Shown in pieces: positions 1 through 14,800 of a stretch of 64,000 bases of DNA. The stretch spans positions 1,681,834 through 1,745,833 of the forward strand of contig MU004189.1 in the NCBI GenBank assembly GCA_010093605.1, read 5' to 3'. A program made the translations under genes and the position numbers. Source of the DNA: Lophium mytilinum (taxonomy: Eukaryota). How positions within the stretch are numbered: the first letter of the stretch is position 1; every line of letters begins with the position of its first letter. The notes under the pieces are model-generated. The model did no database searches and was not told the DNA's origin. It saw only the letters and a program-made list of their open reading frames with translations.

Positions 1-531
1 TGTGGCATGTCCTTTATAGCTTGTTTCCTGATACCCCTACTTTCAACGTCTCAGGCTTAACACCTTCTTGTACTCTGATCATCAGATTTCCTTCTCTTCT
101 TTCGAGTTCCTGGTCTCACTTTATCGGGTTGGGGGCGTTCTCTACTTGCATAAAGCTACTACACATTCGATGGCTATGGCGTTTTAATTTTCCGATTAGG
201 TGCCAGCGAACTTTATAATGTCTACTCTCACGGAGTTACCTTCGGTATCGACGGCATGTACTTAATAGGACAGGTTCAAGTTATGATGGACGCCTGCCTA
301 TGTAGTTTTTAATGCATGGGATAGCTTAATTTACATATTTTGAAACTAAGCACCACCCGATGTTAGCAGCAGTGATATACTTTTGCGCCATGATCGAATT
401 TCCTAATTTATAACACCTCTTAAGCGATACCTTACGACATGTCACAAGACAGTCATTGACGACTGTTTTTGAAATGTTATTGTTCGTCCTAAAATTACGA
501 GTGTGCTTTAGGCATAACAGTTTGCTCCAAT

Positions 532-1858
532 TCATTGACTTCTCCGCTTCTTGAACTCGTCAATCCATCCGGAAGCCTTGTCCTTTGGGACTACGTTTAC
601 CTTGACTAACCCATCCAGAATCTCGCATTTACCGCTGCCAAGGATCTTTCCCATCGCTATCTTCTTCCCAGCTTTGATTAACCCCCCTGATGTTGTCTCC
701 ATGTAGCATTCCACACCCGCCTTTGTGTACTCTCCAGCGCTGTCCCACGGGACTGGCAAGATGTACTCCAGATGATCCATTAGCCTCTCCGTCTCCTGAA
801 ACGCTTTGACGAAGTCAGATTGCGCATGCATCGGATACAAGAGCATGACTGGTATTGAAAGTACAGAGGTGGGGTCGAGTGGCTTCTCTAGCTGTATTGC
901 GGCGTCTTCCATGACTGGTGCTTGCTCCGACGTTCTTGCAACGATGTTTCTCGATTTCAGCGCTAGTCTCAGCGAGCGCTCTTCTGCTTTCTTCCGCTCC
1001 TCGCGCTCGCGGCGCACACGCGCTATAGATTCGAGAGAGTCTTTTCGCGCTGTAATCTTAGTGGCTAGGGTCTTGAGTGGTACATTGAAAGCATCAATGG
1101 CTAAGCCACGGCTGCAGGCGTCTGAAGCTTCTGGGAGCTTATCAAGCGCGAGACAAGCGCTAGCGGACCTGTAGAAGGCTTTGACGTTGGATGGGTTCAG
1201 ACGAAGAGTTGAAGCGCAGTCTTGTATGCAAGAACGATAGTTTTCTAGGGGTCATTTAGTACACGTCGAGCAGAGGATAGCATTCCCGATGAATAAGATA
1301 GTTTCAAAAGCGGAGAACAAAGTCGTGTTTGACGAAAGAAGAACAGCACATAGTAGCAGGAGTCTTACTCTTCTCCAAGTTGCAAAGAGCGCGATTGATG
1401 TAACTCGCTTCCTCAATGTGACGTTCTTTTTCCCGCTCGGTCTCCTCGTCCACCACCACAACATCCATGTCTGCAGGCCCTTCCTCCGCATCTTGGGGCT
1501 GCAGTGGCGCCTTCAGAGCGGCTATGGCTTTGTTGTAGAACTCTTTGGCGTCCGCCCACATCTTCGTCCGCGCAAGGTCATTGCCTTGCTGCCGGAAGTT
1601 CTCTGCGACTTCCGCGCGCGTTCCTTCGTATGCTAGCGCCTTCAGCGCCTCGAGCTCTATGTTCTCGCCGCCCTCGCCATCCGTCTCGTCCAAGGACGTC
1701 ATGAACAGCGGGACGCGATTCATGTCTTGCAAGACATCGTGCGTGGACTGTGCTTGGATTGACGCCATGGCGGGCGGCAGTGCCGCTGAAGGCTGGGCTG
1801 GCGCATCTTCCAGCTTCAGGTCGCCCATCATCTGTTCTGCGGGCGCAGCTTGTGGCAT
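532..1858 (-). CDS. CNS1: TPR co-chaperone of Hsp70/Hsp90 (Cns1/TTC4 family), 2 exons
   Basis: N-terminal 'NRVPLFMTSLDE...LEALKALAYEG...AENFRQQGN' plus TPR 'YINRALCNLE'. GT-AG intron 1245-1368. C-terminal wheel-like domain 'PVMLLYPMHAQSDF...DGLVKVNVVPK'. Confidence 0.9.
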
Positions 1859-4831
1859 GGTCTCTGGAAGTGCGGAGAGTCGTGCCGCAAATTTCCTGGA
1901 TGAATGGCGTCTATCAGATTCAAGAAGTTTTTGATATGAATCACGTGTCCAGGGAAGCGAGGATAAGCTAAACTCAACGTCACTTCAGCTCGGGTTATGG
2001 AAAGTGGTACTGGTATTGAACATCTGCATGCACATGCTAAAAGTCCGGCTATTGCAGAGGGCTTTATCTAAAGACAGTAAGGCACGAGAATAATTGTTTT
2101 TCCTTAATCAAAATTATTTCTGACATTTTCCCTTTCTTTTCGCTCTTCTGAACCTAGACGAAGGATACCTGTGTTATTGAACTGGTGTACGGTGCTGCTA
2201 GTCTGTTCTACCCCTTGTCGTCCGCCGTGTCGCGCTGTGGTCATGGCGCTGGACCCTCGCGGCTTGTTGTAGACTAGCTTTTGTCTCAGACACCTGCAGC
2301 AGCTTGTTCGGCGACTTTTTTGGGCGCAGCTGGGCTACCCTTGACGATCGCCAAAAAGACGATGAGGATTTCCCGGTCGAGTCCTGGTCGAGTCAGGAAC
2401 CAGAGGGGCTTCTGGGTTCCCAAGCATCTGAAAACTCCGTTGAACGGGCCGTGGCATGTGAACCATCAGTCTTTCTCGACGCGTCGCGTATACCGTCGTA
2501 TTTGTATACTAACGGCCGGATCGATATTCGCAATAATCGATAGTCAGACCGGTACCACGGTACTTCACTATTGGATTCGCTTGACAAGAGATCCCGCGAA
2601 GTACTTCCTTGTATGTCTGTGTCCGAGTCCGAGCTGTCACTTGCGGCCGAGGAGCCAGCTTCCGTGAGGACGACGAATTCGGCGTCATAACGGCAACATC
2701 GTATATATGCGTTTCAGCCCTCCGCAGGACGCAGTATATCTCGACCCGAGGACCTGTCAACGCTTGTTTCCAGGCCAGTCCAAGATGTGCTCGTCGGCTA
2801 CCAACATACATATGCACAACTCCTGAAAGGTCGGGCGATTTGGTCTCGGTCGTGGCTTGTGCACACAGTATTCATAAGATGGCAGTGCCGATCGGAGCTT
2901 GATATAGCCGTCACCATCGGAGTGGGAGCGCAAAAGGCCCTGCATTCCGGCGACCAAAGCGTGATGGCGGGGTCGACGCATTGATGTCAAGAGCCGGGTT
3001 CTCCTCAACACTCGGATGATGAGGGCGACGCTGTCCATCGGGTCATATTGTCTGCACAGTATGCACTCGTAGGCGTAAAAGTAGGAGTCCGGTCAGCAGA
3101 CGGAGAAGCTCTACCCAAGTACGTACATCCGATGTCCACCTGCGCCATGCGTCAGCCTCGCCCCTCTCATCTTTGTCTTCGATCTCATCAATGAGGCCAG
3201 CCGGCTGCCTTGGCCCAAGCGCGTGATTCGCAGGGTCACAGCGTGATGGCACTGCTGAGAGGTCGAATTGTGCATCATCACAAGCTAGCGACGGCAACGC
3301 TTCTGCATTTCTGGTCTGGCAGCCCCGAGTCGCCCTGTGGTTCAGGCAGGCCGAGGGCGCCATCCACGTCGTGAAGTGATAGGACGTGCAGCAGCACAGG
3401 AGGCAGGACGGGGCTAGGGCACCGATAAGAAGAGGCGTGACGGCGGGCCCACGCAGCCTCACGCTGCCCGCTGCTGTGCCTGATCCGAACCGAGCACCAC
3501 TCGTCAAGCCAAGAGCTGTCCCGGGGCCCCGACCAGACTCGATCGCCTCAAGTGTTTGGTCTTGAACTGGCGCGCAGCCAACGTCGACGGCCCGACTGAG
3601 CGCAGCACCGCGCTACTAAGCCCGCAAGCCCTCGACGATCTGGTTGTTGTTGGCTCCATCGGTCGTGTTTCGAAGTCACACGGCGCGGGAAACCCACTGG
3701 CTCTCGAGGTCAAACACGCGTGGCTTTCCACAATATCTCCACCGCAGCCCCTAGGTCGCAGCGGGCCACTCAAACTATCCAGCTGGCTGGGGAGCGATGC
3801 ACGCTCGCGGGTGCACGAGCTCCAGGGTGCTCACGGCAATCCCGGTTCCACTGCAGCCCGCCAACCGTCCGAGGGCTCATTTCTTTTCGAATTTCACACC
3901 CGTGCTGGGCCTCATTCGCTGCTCTTACGGCCCCTACCGGCCATGGCAGGGGACGCCCTGGTTGGGGCAAAACGGTGCATGAAGTCGGCTCCTGCGATCG
4001 TCTGCTGCGAGCAAACCCCGGACTTTCCCTCTCTCTGCGAGCTGCTCCTGTGAACGCGGCAGGTCGCGATCCTCGAGCACTGTTCTCTTCTCTTGCGAGC
4101 ACTCACTTCTCCCCATCCTCGGGCCTATTTCACTATTGCGTTTGTCGTGTCATCTTGTCGCGTGGTGCTGTCTGTTGTGCTGTGTGTGGTGCCCAACTTT
4201 ATATTCGACCCGACTTGGCTGCTGTGCCCCAGGCAAGACTCGCAGAAGAAGCAATTGGCAGCGAACGCGCCGGGACCTAAGGTGAGAGATACGACGAGCA
4301 GCTCGCTGCCGTCTGTCATTCGAAATGTCCATGATATTAACAGGATTTTGCCCCGTAGTTTACTCCTAAACTCGAAATCGTTCCTTCCAATACACTCCTT
4401 CGTTCGTGGCCTATACGTCACTCCTTCTGCACCAAGAGATCCATCGCTACTGCACATTTGGCCCTACATTGGATTCACGTACTATTGACCCTTCATTCGG
4501 CCCCCTCTGCATGCTGCCCGGCGCCCGCTAGAGCTACTCTTTTGAAGAGAACGCTCAAGCTGCTCAGCGTCTACGACCAGTCCCCCCGGCACGAGAGCAT
4601 AGCAACGTTTCAAAAGAAGACAAGGTAAGATACTGTGGAAGCCAGCGACCTCTGAAGGAGAAAGCAGGGCGCAAGGAATATCACTGACTTTCGCATAGTC
4701 ATGTTTTAGATACGATAGTCTGATACGCCAAAGCAAGTCCTGAACATTGGCGGGAGAATCGCGCATGCTTCAACTTCCGAGGTTACAGTCGGTTGATAGT
4801 CCTCGATAGGGGTTTGTCTCTTCTGCACGCG

Positions 4832-7800
4832 ATGGCGACCGACTACTTCTCCGAACAGGAGGCTTACATAGCCTCACAATCGCTTCCTTCTCCTTCTGAT
4901 ACACCATACCATACCCCTGTCCCGTCTGGATCTCGCCGCTCGTCACGCTATGGAACACCTTCTAGTGGTCCCCCATCGTCGCCTCCACCGCTTCCCCCAG
5001 ACAACCATCGATCATCAGAGGATGCCGTCGATGAGAACATCTCCATTCTAGACCCGCGACGCTTCACACCAACACTCCACGCATCGTTGGTTTCCGAAAT
5101 CCTTTCACTGCGCCGCGAATTAGATTCCAAACACAAGTTCATCGAAGACCTAGAAACGAGCCTTGAGACATCACGTAACGAGAATGAGTCCTTGGCTGAT
5201 AAGTTGACTCAGTCGGGGAAGGAGAGCCGGTCTACGAAACGACATTTGCAGCAGTTGGAAAACGGCACGCTAGAAGCGCTGGAAGAGTTGGCCAAGGAAC
5301 GAGATGATGTTCGAGAGGCGAACGCTGATCTTAAAAAGAAGCTGGAATCCTCCCAAAAGAAGCTACGCACTCAGGATGACGATTCGGCCCGTGTCCATGA
5401 TATGTGGGCAAGAGACAAGGAGACATGGGATGGGGAGAAACGCTTATTAGAGCGGCGTGTCCATATCTCTGAGAGCCGCCTGAAGATCATACTAGAAGAA
5501 CTTGCTGCACAAGACGCTGCGCAGGAAGACCATGGCACGGACAGTGAAGGGGAAGATAACACGAGAGATAGTGGTGTTGGCCATGAGAGTGACACCGCAA
5601 GTATACGGTCCTCGCCCCGCCGACGATCGTCGAGCCGGACCGGAAGGCATTCGCGAAACCTCAGCAACAGTAGCCACCGGAGCTTGGGACGCGCTTATCG
5701 ATTCTCTTTAATGTCTAATCTTGGTTCAGAGGGCCATGCGCGACTCAACGGTATGAGCCTCGCTGACGAATTGATATTTGATGAGGAAGAGGAGGATTTG
5801 GGCGAACTGGAACTGGACTCAGACGATTTCCCCGAGAACGAGATGCGTGCAAGGCGAGCGTTGGAGTCCCGCCAGTCGATGTATCCAGATGAGAAGGCAA
5901 AGCGGATACTTGGACTCACGATAGAGAGTAAGGAGGGTGCGGCCGACGGGAGGGATTCGGAGGCTTCGAGGCCGATTGAATCAGTTGCGAGGATTGCAGA
6001 GACGGCGACAATGCGAGAGGTCACACTTGTCACCATGCCTCCGAAGCGGCAGTATGTGGACACGGGGATCCAGTTCTCTCCACCGCCTTCTCCAACATCT
6101 CCGGAGCCCATCGCCCCTAGGAAAACCATCGACTCCCCTATTCCTTTATCAGACATTGAAGCCAATCAGAGGAGAAAACGAGTCTCGGCTGCATCACCCG
6201 TCTCAAATGGTTCGCTGTCCATAAGCAGCGAAAAGGCAACCAGTTCTATGACTTCGACGTCGTCTCAGACATTGGAACAACCTCTCAGTCCACCGGCAAC
6301 ACCTAAAATACCAATTCCCGCATTACCTGACAGTCCTGTTGCACCCAAATTCACTGTGGACTACGCTTCGATATCCACACAGACAGAACTCTTGGATGAA
6401 CCACCCAAAATCCCGGAACCACCCAGAATCCCGGTGCCGCCTCGATCGCCGAGTCGGCCGATGCCCATTACAGTTCCTTCCATTGCAATCCATCCTCCAC
6501 TTTCTGCACCAACATCACCAAAGGAGCCCATACTACCGCCTGGCACTAAGAATGCATGGTCTCAGACTACCGGGCAGCTTAATGTACCAACCCGCTCTAT
6601 CTCTATTCAGACGGAAGAGATTAGAGTTGATAGAAGGCCTGTCAAACTCCCCCCACACCTTCTGCCTTCGGCCATCTCCTCCAAACCTGGGACACCGGAA
6701 CCTGATAGGGCGCGGCCTCAACCAATCATCGCAAACCTCGACTCCGAAGCTCCAGCTTCAGCGCCCTCTGTCTCTGCCAATAGACATGGAAAGGCTCCTG
6801 CTTTGCGACACACGCAAGATCTAACTACCCTCCTAAGCAAAGCCTCCGAGCCTGCCATTGAGGACCGATATCCAGGGAACAATGACAACGGCCCTCTAGC
6901 CCGTGATAAAGAGGAAGGTCTTCGACGGCCGTTTAGGACTAGCAGTCTTTTCGCAGGTTTCGACGGCGCGAGCTCTGACGAGGAAGATGACGCTGAAAAT
7001 AGTGATGACGACTACAGAATACCTCAGTATTCGATGATGTCCAGTCGAACAGTAAAGCACGGTCGGCTATTCAACAATCCGCCAACCCCAGTTCCTGAGG
7101 ACAAGGAGGTGATTTCAAGCTCACGGATTTCAGAAGACTCTACGGGCACGGGCAGGATGTACTCCTCTAGTCGCAACTCTTTAGAAAAGGCCTCCAAAGT
7201 TGCAAAACCGCTAAGGACTTCAGGCATCACCCGACAGCCAAGTATTCGGCGTTCAGCAATGATCCAGAACGGTACCGTCGCTCACTACCAGCGATCTCGT
7301 AGCCCTAGTATTGGCAGTATTGGCTCAGGCACGTATGTTCCCAAACCGCCGTTCCCAGTCCCGACAAGATCTAGTTCTCGACGTATCCCCCTGAGTAAGA
7401 GTGAGGGATCTCAAAGTCCAACACCACGGAGTGGCGGCATGTTTGCCGGGCGACGACCTGCTCAGGGAGCCGAACATCAACGCAAGGACAGCTTGAGGAA
7501 GATTCGATCCGCGGCAGTGATACCGAGAAATGGACGGCAAAGAAGTCGATCGCCTCCACTGCCTGCTACCCCAGTGCTTCCTCAAAGCCCTCAGATTCCA
7601 CCGCTACCGAACGACATGATTACAGGTCATAAGTTTGGGCATCAACACCAGCTCTCTACAAACACTTTTAACACAGGGACTGGCTCGGTGGCAAGCTCTG
7701 CACAGCAAACTAGCGTGGTCGACGCTATTGCAGCTACTATGGTTGGCGAATGGATGTGGAAGTACGTTCGAAAGCGGAAGGCATTTGGTGGTCCAGATTC

Positions 7801-8885
7801 CCCACAGGATCTAGGACGCGCCGGTGACGATGGCTCAGTCATGCCGGGCAACGGTGTCCGACATAAGAGGTGGGTGTGGCTCTCGCCCTATGAGCGGTCA
7901 GTCATGTGGAGCAGTAAGCAACCTACGTCGGGCACCGCTTTGCTAGGGAAAAGTGGTCGGAAATGTAAGTGTCACCTTTATGTTCAGGTTTCGAAGGCTA
8001 ACAATATGTACAGTGACCATTCAATCTGTCCTCGATGTTCCAGACAACACTCCCCTGCCCAAGAACGTCGGGCTCAACGCGCCAGTTTTCAATCGTTCTA
8101 TCTTAATCCTCACGCCAGCCCGAGCTCTCAAATTCACGGTCGTTTCCAGAGAGCGTCATTATCTATGGCTGACGGCACTTTCATTCCTTGCTCACTCTTC
8201 CTCTGGAGTACCTGAGCTAGGGCCTATCCCGCCTGTACCGCCACCGGTTGAGGATCTTCCACAACAACGAAACCAAGGTGCGTCGCTACGTCGCTCTCAC
8301 ATCAGAGATTCCGTTCGTATAGCCAAAGATAAAGCGATGCCACCAAATCAACGACAGTACGGAGCCCGAGCTGATCCAATCCACGAATGGTTCGGAGAAT
8401 CTCAATTCGATAGACCTGTTGCGGACGCGGCAGATCCACCGAACGTCCCGCGAGTAGGCTTCCATGGCCGGAAGAGGAGCTCCACCGGACCGCGCGCTCC
8501 ACCCCCCAATGTTGCCTTCCGCAACTTCTCGCACAACCCTGTCCCATCTACATACTCCACCGGCTCGTCAGATCTGTATGGACCACCACCGTCGGTTCCC
8601 TCATCTGTATACAATCCTAACAGCGTCATGGGGAGTTCTCGAACTTCAGAAGCAAGCAGCTCCGCCCGTCACAACTTCTTCGATGCCGTGGGTACTGTCA
8701 GAATGGAGGCATTCGTCGAGCCAATCCTTTCGGAAGGCGCGGCGTACGGAATGCCCACTGGACCAAAGCCCCGTCCCGGTCGTCGGAGAGGTAATAGCCA
8801 GTGGAGCGGCAGCACAGACCCTCACCGGACTGGAGGCCTGTATGAAGACTCGCAGGATAGCTACGACCCGTTCCGCAATTTTTGA
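4832..8885 (+). CDS. Coiled-coil protein with C-terminal Num1/Mcp5-type PH domain, 2 exons
   Basis: ATG 4832 in a long ORF with an N-terminal coiled coil. PH motif 'MVGEWMWKYVRK...RHKRWVWLSPYERSVMWSSKQP' continues after GT-AG intron 7965-8013 as 'TIQSVLDVPD...FNRSILILTPARALKFT'. Confidence 0.85.
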
Positions 8886-10611
8886 GAAATACTTATCTCA
8901 TTTCATCACAAAAGTCTTTACCCAAAAGATCTCAACACTTGCTCATCAAAAGCATCTCTTACAGCATCTCTTTGCCTAATTTCTTTCCGCCATTCGTTGG
9001 TCATTTCATAAAGGTCCGGCTAGTGGCGTTTGTACTGGTACAGGCTTTGGGGGAACTCCGAGGAGTTGGATGTACTTATATCGATCTGTAACCATCCCTC
9101 TTGTGTCAAAGAGGCTAGAAGCAGCCTGCTCAGGCACCCTGGATTTTCTGTTTAAATTTTCGCTTCATTACTTTAGTTGCTCTGCGATCATGCATTGCGA
9201 GCATTTATTAGCTCAAGTTGGATACCCTTCCGGATGCCAGGTTTTGGTTGTACTCTGTTTTGGCGAGGCCTGTTGTATATAGCTATCTTTGTGGAGTAGG
9301 ACGAATGCCTCATGATAGATGTCGTGTAGTAGCTATCAAAAATCATCAGCATTGAGCTCATAATCTGTTTTGAACCGTTTTAAGGTCCTGCATCGAGCGA
9401 GACTTTTTCATGAATCGTTACATATCCGTTTGATCTTGCTCGAAAGATGTTGTGACACTTACGAGCAATACCATCAAACTCTAATGAATGTCTTTGTCCT
9501 CCCACTTCTAGGATCCTAGTCTGTGCACTTGGTAGACCTAGTGCTCCATATCCTGTCTCTCGGGACAACGACGTAGCTAGATATGGGGATAGAATATAGA
9601 CCCATGGTCTGGGAAACCGAGTGCTGGGACTATCCACATATTGCTGCACATTTAATAAACATTAATGCAAATAACCGTCAAGTTAGGAAGCTGTTAGATA
9701 TAGTATGTTACTACTACAGCCCTTGATCATATTCGTTAAAGTAGGAGAAGGGAATCGTTTTGTATCCCCCAATTGCAACGGAGGCTACGTCTATCTGAGG
9801 GCAGACAAGTAAGCTGAGTACGTTAGTTGCTACTTACTACGAATGATCAACACGTTTTCCGTTGACCCTCAAAAGAGCGAACCATTCTAGTATTTGTATT
9901 ACTACTACTACGTTCTCACGGTGGTGAAGATCGATGGCTCGACCAATTAATCTTTCGTTTGACGACAATACGTACGCATCTTCGTCCCTTACGTGTTCAG
10001 TTTTCTGCCAAGACCTAAAGCATATCGAGACTCTTCGCAAAATACATACCATAGAAGTTGATCAATTATTTAGGCCTGGTAGGTACTATTTTGGCTTACC
10101 TTGGATAGCGTAGCCTAACACTCCAAGTGGCTCGCAGTACCAAAGACAACTGTCTGAATGTTCGCGGAACAGTCAACTCTCATATGACATGATCCTGGTT
10201 AAATTCAAGTGTCGCTAAGACTCAGCATGAGGGTAACATGAATGTTCATTATGTTAGGTAGGCTTGTGGATCCTTTGCCTCCATCCGACCAAAATCATAA
10301 GCCATGAAGACAGCCCTGCCATTCTGCCATAGTCGTGTGATGCCCAGTAGTGGAGTAATCGCGCTCAATGCTCCCCGAAAGCAAAAGCCCTTTGAGCAAT
10401 CCCAGAGCCAAAATCAGTGAAAAGAAGACTCCTTCAACGCCAGGCAGGCGAACCGACTCCACAGCCGGCCCGCAAATGATTTGGTATTGATCGTACGCTG
10501 ACGACAATAGCTGCCCTTCTCCGTCGAGGGCGGTGACGCCTTGACGAGGGCCACGGGAGATGGACCTCTACGACACTCCGCCGTGCTCTGGTCCGTGGCC
10601 CTCGCCTCACG

Positions 10612-11296
10612 TTATTCTATACCGTGTTGCTTCTTCAGGTTTTCTAGGTTCTGCTGGCGCTCAGCGAGGTCTTCTTTCGATCGCGCCATCTTCTCTGGCT
10701 GGTGATATAGCACTGCGGGAGGGTCAGTAATGCGCCTCTGAAGTTCGGACCAGGTGGGCGGGGCAGCGAGCGTACCGACAAGGTATCTGTTCTGGAAGTT
10801 GAAGCCGTTAAGCTTGTCGCAGGCCGATTTCGCGTCCATGACGTCCTCGTAGACGACGAAAGCGGTGCCCTTGGTGTTGTTGGCGATGCCCTGGCGAATT
10901 TGGCTAGCATTTTAGTCAGCGAGAGGGACAAAGAAGATGGCGCATGATCAGCCTCCAATGCTGCGATGGCGGTCATGCTGGAGGTCGGAGGACTTGACTT
11001 ACCGCACCGGGCCAAACTTGCCAAAGAGGTCGAATAGTTCTTCGGGGGTTACGTTGTAGCTGACGCGGGAGGTCAGTACTCTTGCTGACAGAACGGGACG
11101 GTCGCCGAGCAGGCTATAGCATACCTCAAGTTCTTGACGAATAGAGCTCTGTGGATGCGCGTGTTAGCAGACATGCTGAAGTGGTTGCGGCGATCTGGGG
11201 TTCCCCGCAAAGAGCATAGAGAGAGGGCGAGGGAGGGCAGGCGAGCAGGCGGGCTTACCGGTTCACTTCGGGGGCAAGTTTTCCGCCGCGACTCAT
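10612..11296 (-). CDS. SF3B6: Pre-mRNA branch-site protein p14 (SF3b14), 5 exons
   Basis: Manual splicing (introns 11149-11258, 11060-11124, 10904-11002, 10713-10775) gives '[87 protein letters not shown]', a p14-type RRM. Confidence 0.95.
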
Positions 11297-11878
11297 AGCT
11301 TGGCTGCTGGAGGGTGTCGAGCTGTGGGGGTTGGATTGACGATGGGGGACGGGGCGGTGGTGGTGGAAGAGTTGAGTGTAGTCGAAGATGCTCGGGGACC
11401 TCTAGACTTAGTCAGCGGCGATTTCACCCCCAACATGGCCGGCGATGCTGGAAGAGCCGCCCGCCTCGCGCACCCCAAGGGAGACCTAGCACCACCTCGC
11501 AATAGAATACTCCTCTGCCGGTCACGACCTCTCTGTCGCGCCGTCATTGAGGCTGCTTGAGGCTGGTTGCGCGCGCGCTGTGTGGGCTGCCCGTACGTCG
11601 GCCTCGATCTTGCTCTTCACCATCGACCATCTCCGACGCCCGCCAACCCTCCCCGCCTCTTCCACCTCCGCATCAATCGTCGCGCCCACTGCCCAGCTAT
11701 CCATCGCCTATCCAAGACCCACGGCTGGACACCACTCCCCTCAGGAATGCTTTTCATTAACTTTCGCTCGTTCTGCCTGCCCGCCCCAGCGCCATAGCCT
11801 CCGACGACACACACCTCCGACGACTCAGAACCACCCCCCCCTCTCGTCCCAACATCCTTCGCGCGCTTCGACCTCACA

Positions 11879-14800
11879 ATGAAGCGCTCCTACAAGCCCG
11901 AATTCCAGAAACCTCCGCGGTCCATCACCCCTCCGCCGCCGGACGTCGAGCCGCTCACCCCAGTCCACGAGCGCGACCATTTGCTGTTTTCCTTGGACCG
12001 CAATGGCACACACAACGCGCAGCATTACGGCGGCGAGCAGGACCTTGGCCACCTCAATGGGTTGCGTCGCGATGGCTTCTCTCACGCCCGCCTCACGTCG
12101 CCGAACGACGGCTATCTCGCGCGTCCGCGCAGTTCATATGCTCATGCCCACGGCTCCCCCATCGACACGCTCGCGAATGCAGCATCGTCTTTGGCCGCAA
12201 GTCCGGTATTCCCCCAGCCTTCTCGCCGTCCCTCGCAACCACCGATAAGCCCTACCAACACATCGCACTTCGCCTCCATCGGCGGTCGTTTCAGAGATGA
12301 CCATAGCTATAATGAGCGGCCGGCGAAGCGCGCGCGCTCCGAGTTCTTCCCATCTCCACAGCATGCTTTCGCCGCTTCGCGACCGATGACGAGTCATGTC
12401 CTGTCACCGCAATGGAATGTCGAAGAAATGGTGGATAGCGGCACTAGGATGTATCAAGAACGCCCAATGCCTAGCCAGGCTCCTCCTGATATGAGAAGGC
12501 TTTCCGAAGCACAGCTACTCCTGGACTTCACGCGCACTGCCTATACTACTTCCGTAACAACCCAATCACAGCCCCACGCAACTAATGGACGGAGCACAGT
12601 ATACGCCGCGCACTCAGACATGTCCAATTCCCACGGCATCCTAGTCACAGACGACCTCATTTCTCGCCGGCAGCCTCATTATCAAGATATATCACGGAAG
12701 CATGGCGAGAAAATGCCCGTGGCAGGCTCGTCCGGAGGGCCTTCATTGAAGGATACCTTTGAGGATTCTGCTCTGGCTTCGGCTGTGCAGACGCATACCC
12801 CACCAGACGATGCATATAATGCGGCCAGCTCACTGATCTTGCCCGAGACCAACGGCTATGTCGAAATGAAGAAGACAAAGCCACATCAGGGATGGCCGAA
12901 GGGGAAGCCCAGAGGTCCTCGGACGGGAAGTTCTAGTGGCAAGAAGAGGAAGGTCGCAGCTAAAGTCAAGACTACTATTCCCAGAAGCCCAAAGGGTGCT
13001 CCCGATCAGCTTCAATCACCACAGAGCCTTCCCACTAGTTCTCCCAAATTCTCGGCGCTCGAACAGCCAAGCAATTTCGAAGGACGTCTATCATGGCAAC
13101 GACAAAACGCGGCGCGAGATCGACGGCATTCAGCGTCTGACCTGGCAAGACCTGACTGTGGAAAAATTCCCAGCATATCGGAGCCACACCGTGCCTTGTC
13201 TGTTCCGCCCGATAACAGCATGACAATCACTGCACCACCCGTCGAAGAATCTAAAAATTCCTCTGCAAAGGACAGTAGCGCGAAGGCACAGCGTACCATA
13301 TGCGCTGGGTGCAACTTTACCTCATCGACCGTCCTCACAGGAGAAAGCCAAGATTGGATCCGCTGCGACGGGTGCAACGACTGGTTTCATTTCGCTTGTG
13401 CTGGGTTCCAGACTGCACGCGACGTTAGGGGCGTAGACAAGTACTTTTGTCGCCCATGTAAACCCACACATGGTCCTACCACATGTAAGTATTCCAGCTT
13501 TTGTATTCAAAATCAAAACTGAACACGTGCAGATGTTCGCAAATCCACTCGTGCCCATAGCACTGTCGATTATGCCGGTCTCAATGAGGGTGTCCTGCGG
13601 ACATCAGACGAAAATCCGGAACATCACTACATTCGGAACTTCAAAGATGGCACCTACCAGTTCGACAAGGACACTTTCGCTCGCATGCCACCCGAACTCG
13701 TAAACCTAGAGTATTTTGAAAAGATGAACGGGTTTCGTGAGCCAATCGTAATTCCTGCAAGCCTCAATCCCCGTCCAAAAGCCCCAGGATCCGATGACGA
13801 GATGACGGATGTCATCAACGAGAATACGGACCTGCCATTTGAATCAGAATCTGAGCATTACGACTATGAAAGCGTTCAAGACGACGGCCAAGACAAATTG
13901 GACATGGTCATACCGCAGGGCTTGACAGTTCGCCGCGTTGCAGAGATGTATGGACTCGGAGAGCCTGTTGAAGTCATCGACGTCAAATCGCAATCAGGTG
14001 AACCTGATAAGAAATGGGACATGAAGAGATGGGCAGATTATTACGAAGAAGCGGGTGAAAAAATCGTCCGAAATGTCATCAGCCTCGAGGTCTCAAAGAG
14101 CAAACTTGGTAGATTGATCCGGAGACCCAAGGTGGTTCGTGACATGGATCTCCAGGATTCAGTTTGGCCCGAGGAAGACAAAGCGAATGCCCCGAAGGTC
14201 CAATTCTATTGCTTAATGTCTGTCGCAGACTGTTACACAGACTTCCATATCGATTTTGGAGGCTCTTCCGTTTACTACCACATCGTCAAAGGGAAGAAGA
14301 CCTTCTTCTTCATTCCCCCGACGAAGCAGAACCTCAAGAAATACGAGGACTGGTGTTTGTCTCCCGCCCAAAACCACACATTCCTAGCCCACCAGGTCAA
14401 GGAATGCTACCGTGTCGACCTGTCGGAGGGAGACACCATGCTTATTCCAGCAGGCTGGATACACGCTGTTTGGACTCCAGAGAACAGTTTAGTTATCGGC
14501 GGCAACTTTCTTACTCGGCTCAACTACGGCATGCAAATCCGCGTCTTCGAGGTTGAGAAGGCCACGAAGGTCGCAAGGAAATTCCGCTATCCCAACTTCC
14601 AAAAAGTCCTATGGCTCACGATGTTGAAGTACCTTGACGACGACCCGCTTCCCCAGCTCGTTGCAAACCTACTGAGCGAAGGCAAGAAGTTTGAGAGGCA
14701 GATTGCTATCTACTGTGAATCTGATCGCTTTGGACACAATTCCCACCTAGGCACTCAGTACTACAATTCACGCTACTATTCCAAAGCTGAACTAGATGGT

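Noticed and set aside
2190..2587. Minus-strand Ser/Arg-rich reading frame with one internal TGA
   Set aside because: No domain and no clear start or splice support, so it cannot be distinguished from chance.
4793..4831. TTG start for the PH-domain gene
   Set aside because: An in-frame ATG at 4832 is the more plausible eukaryotic start.
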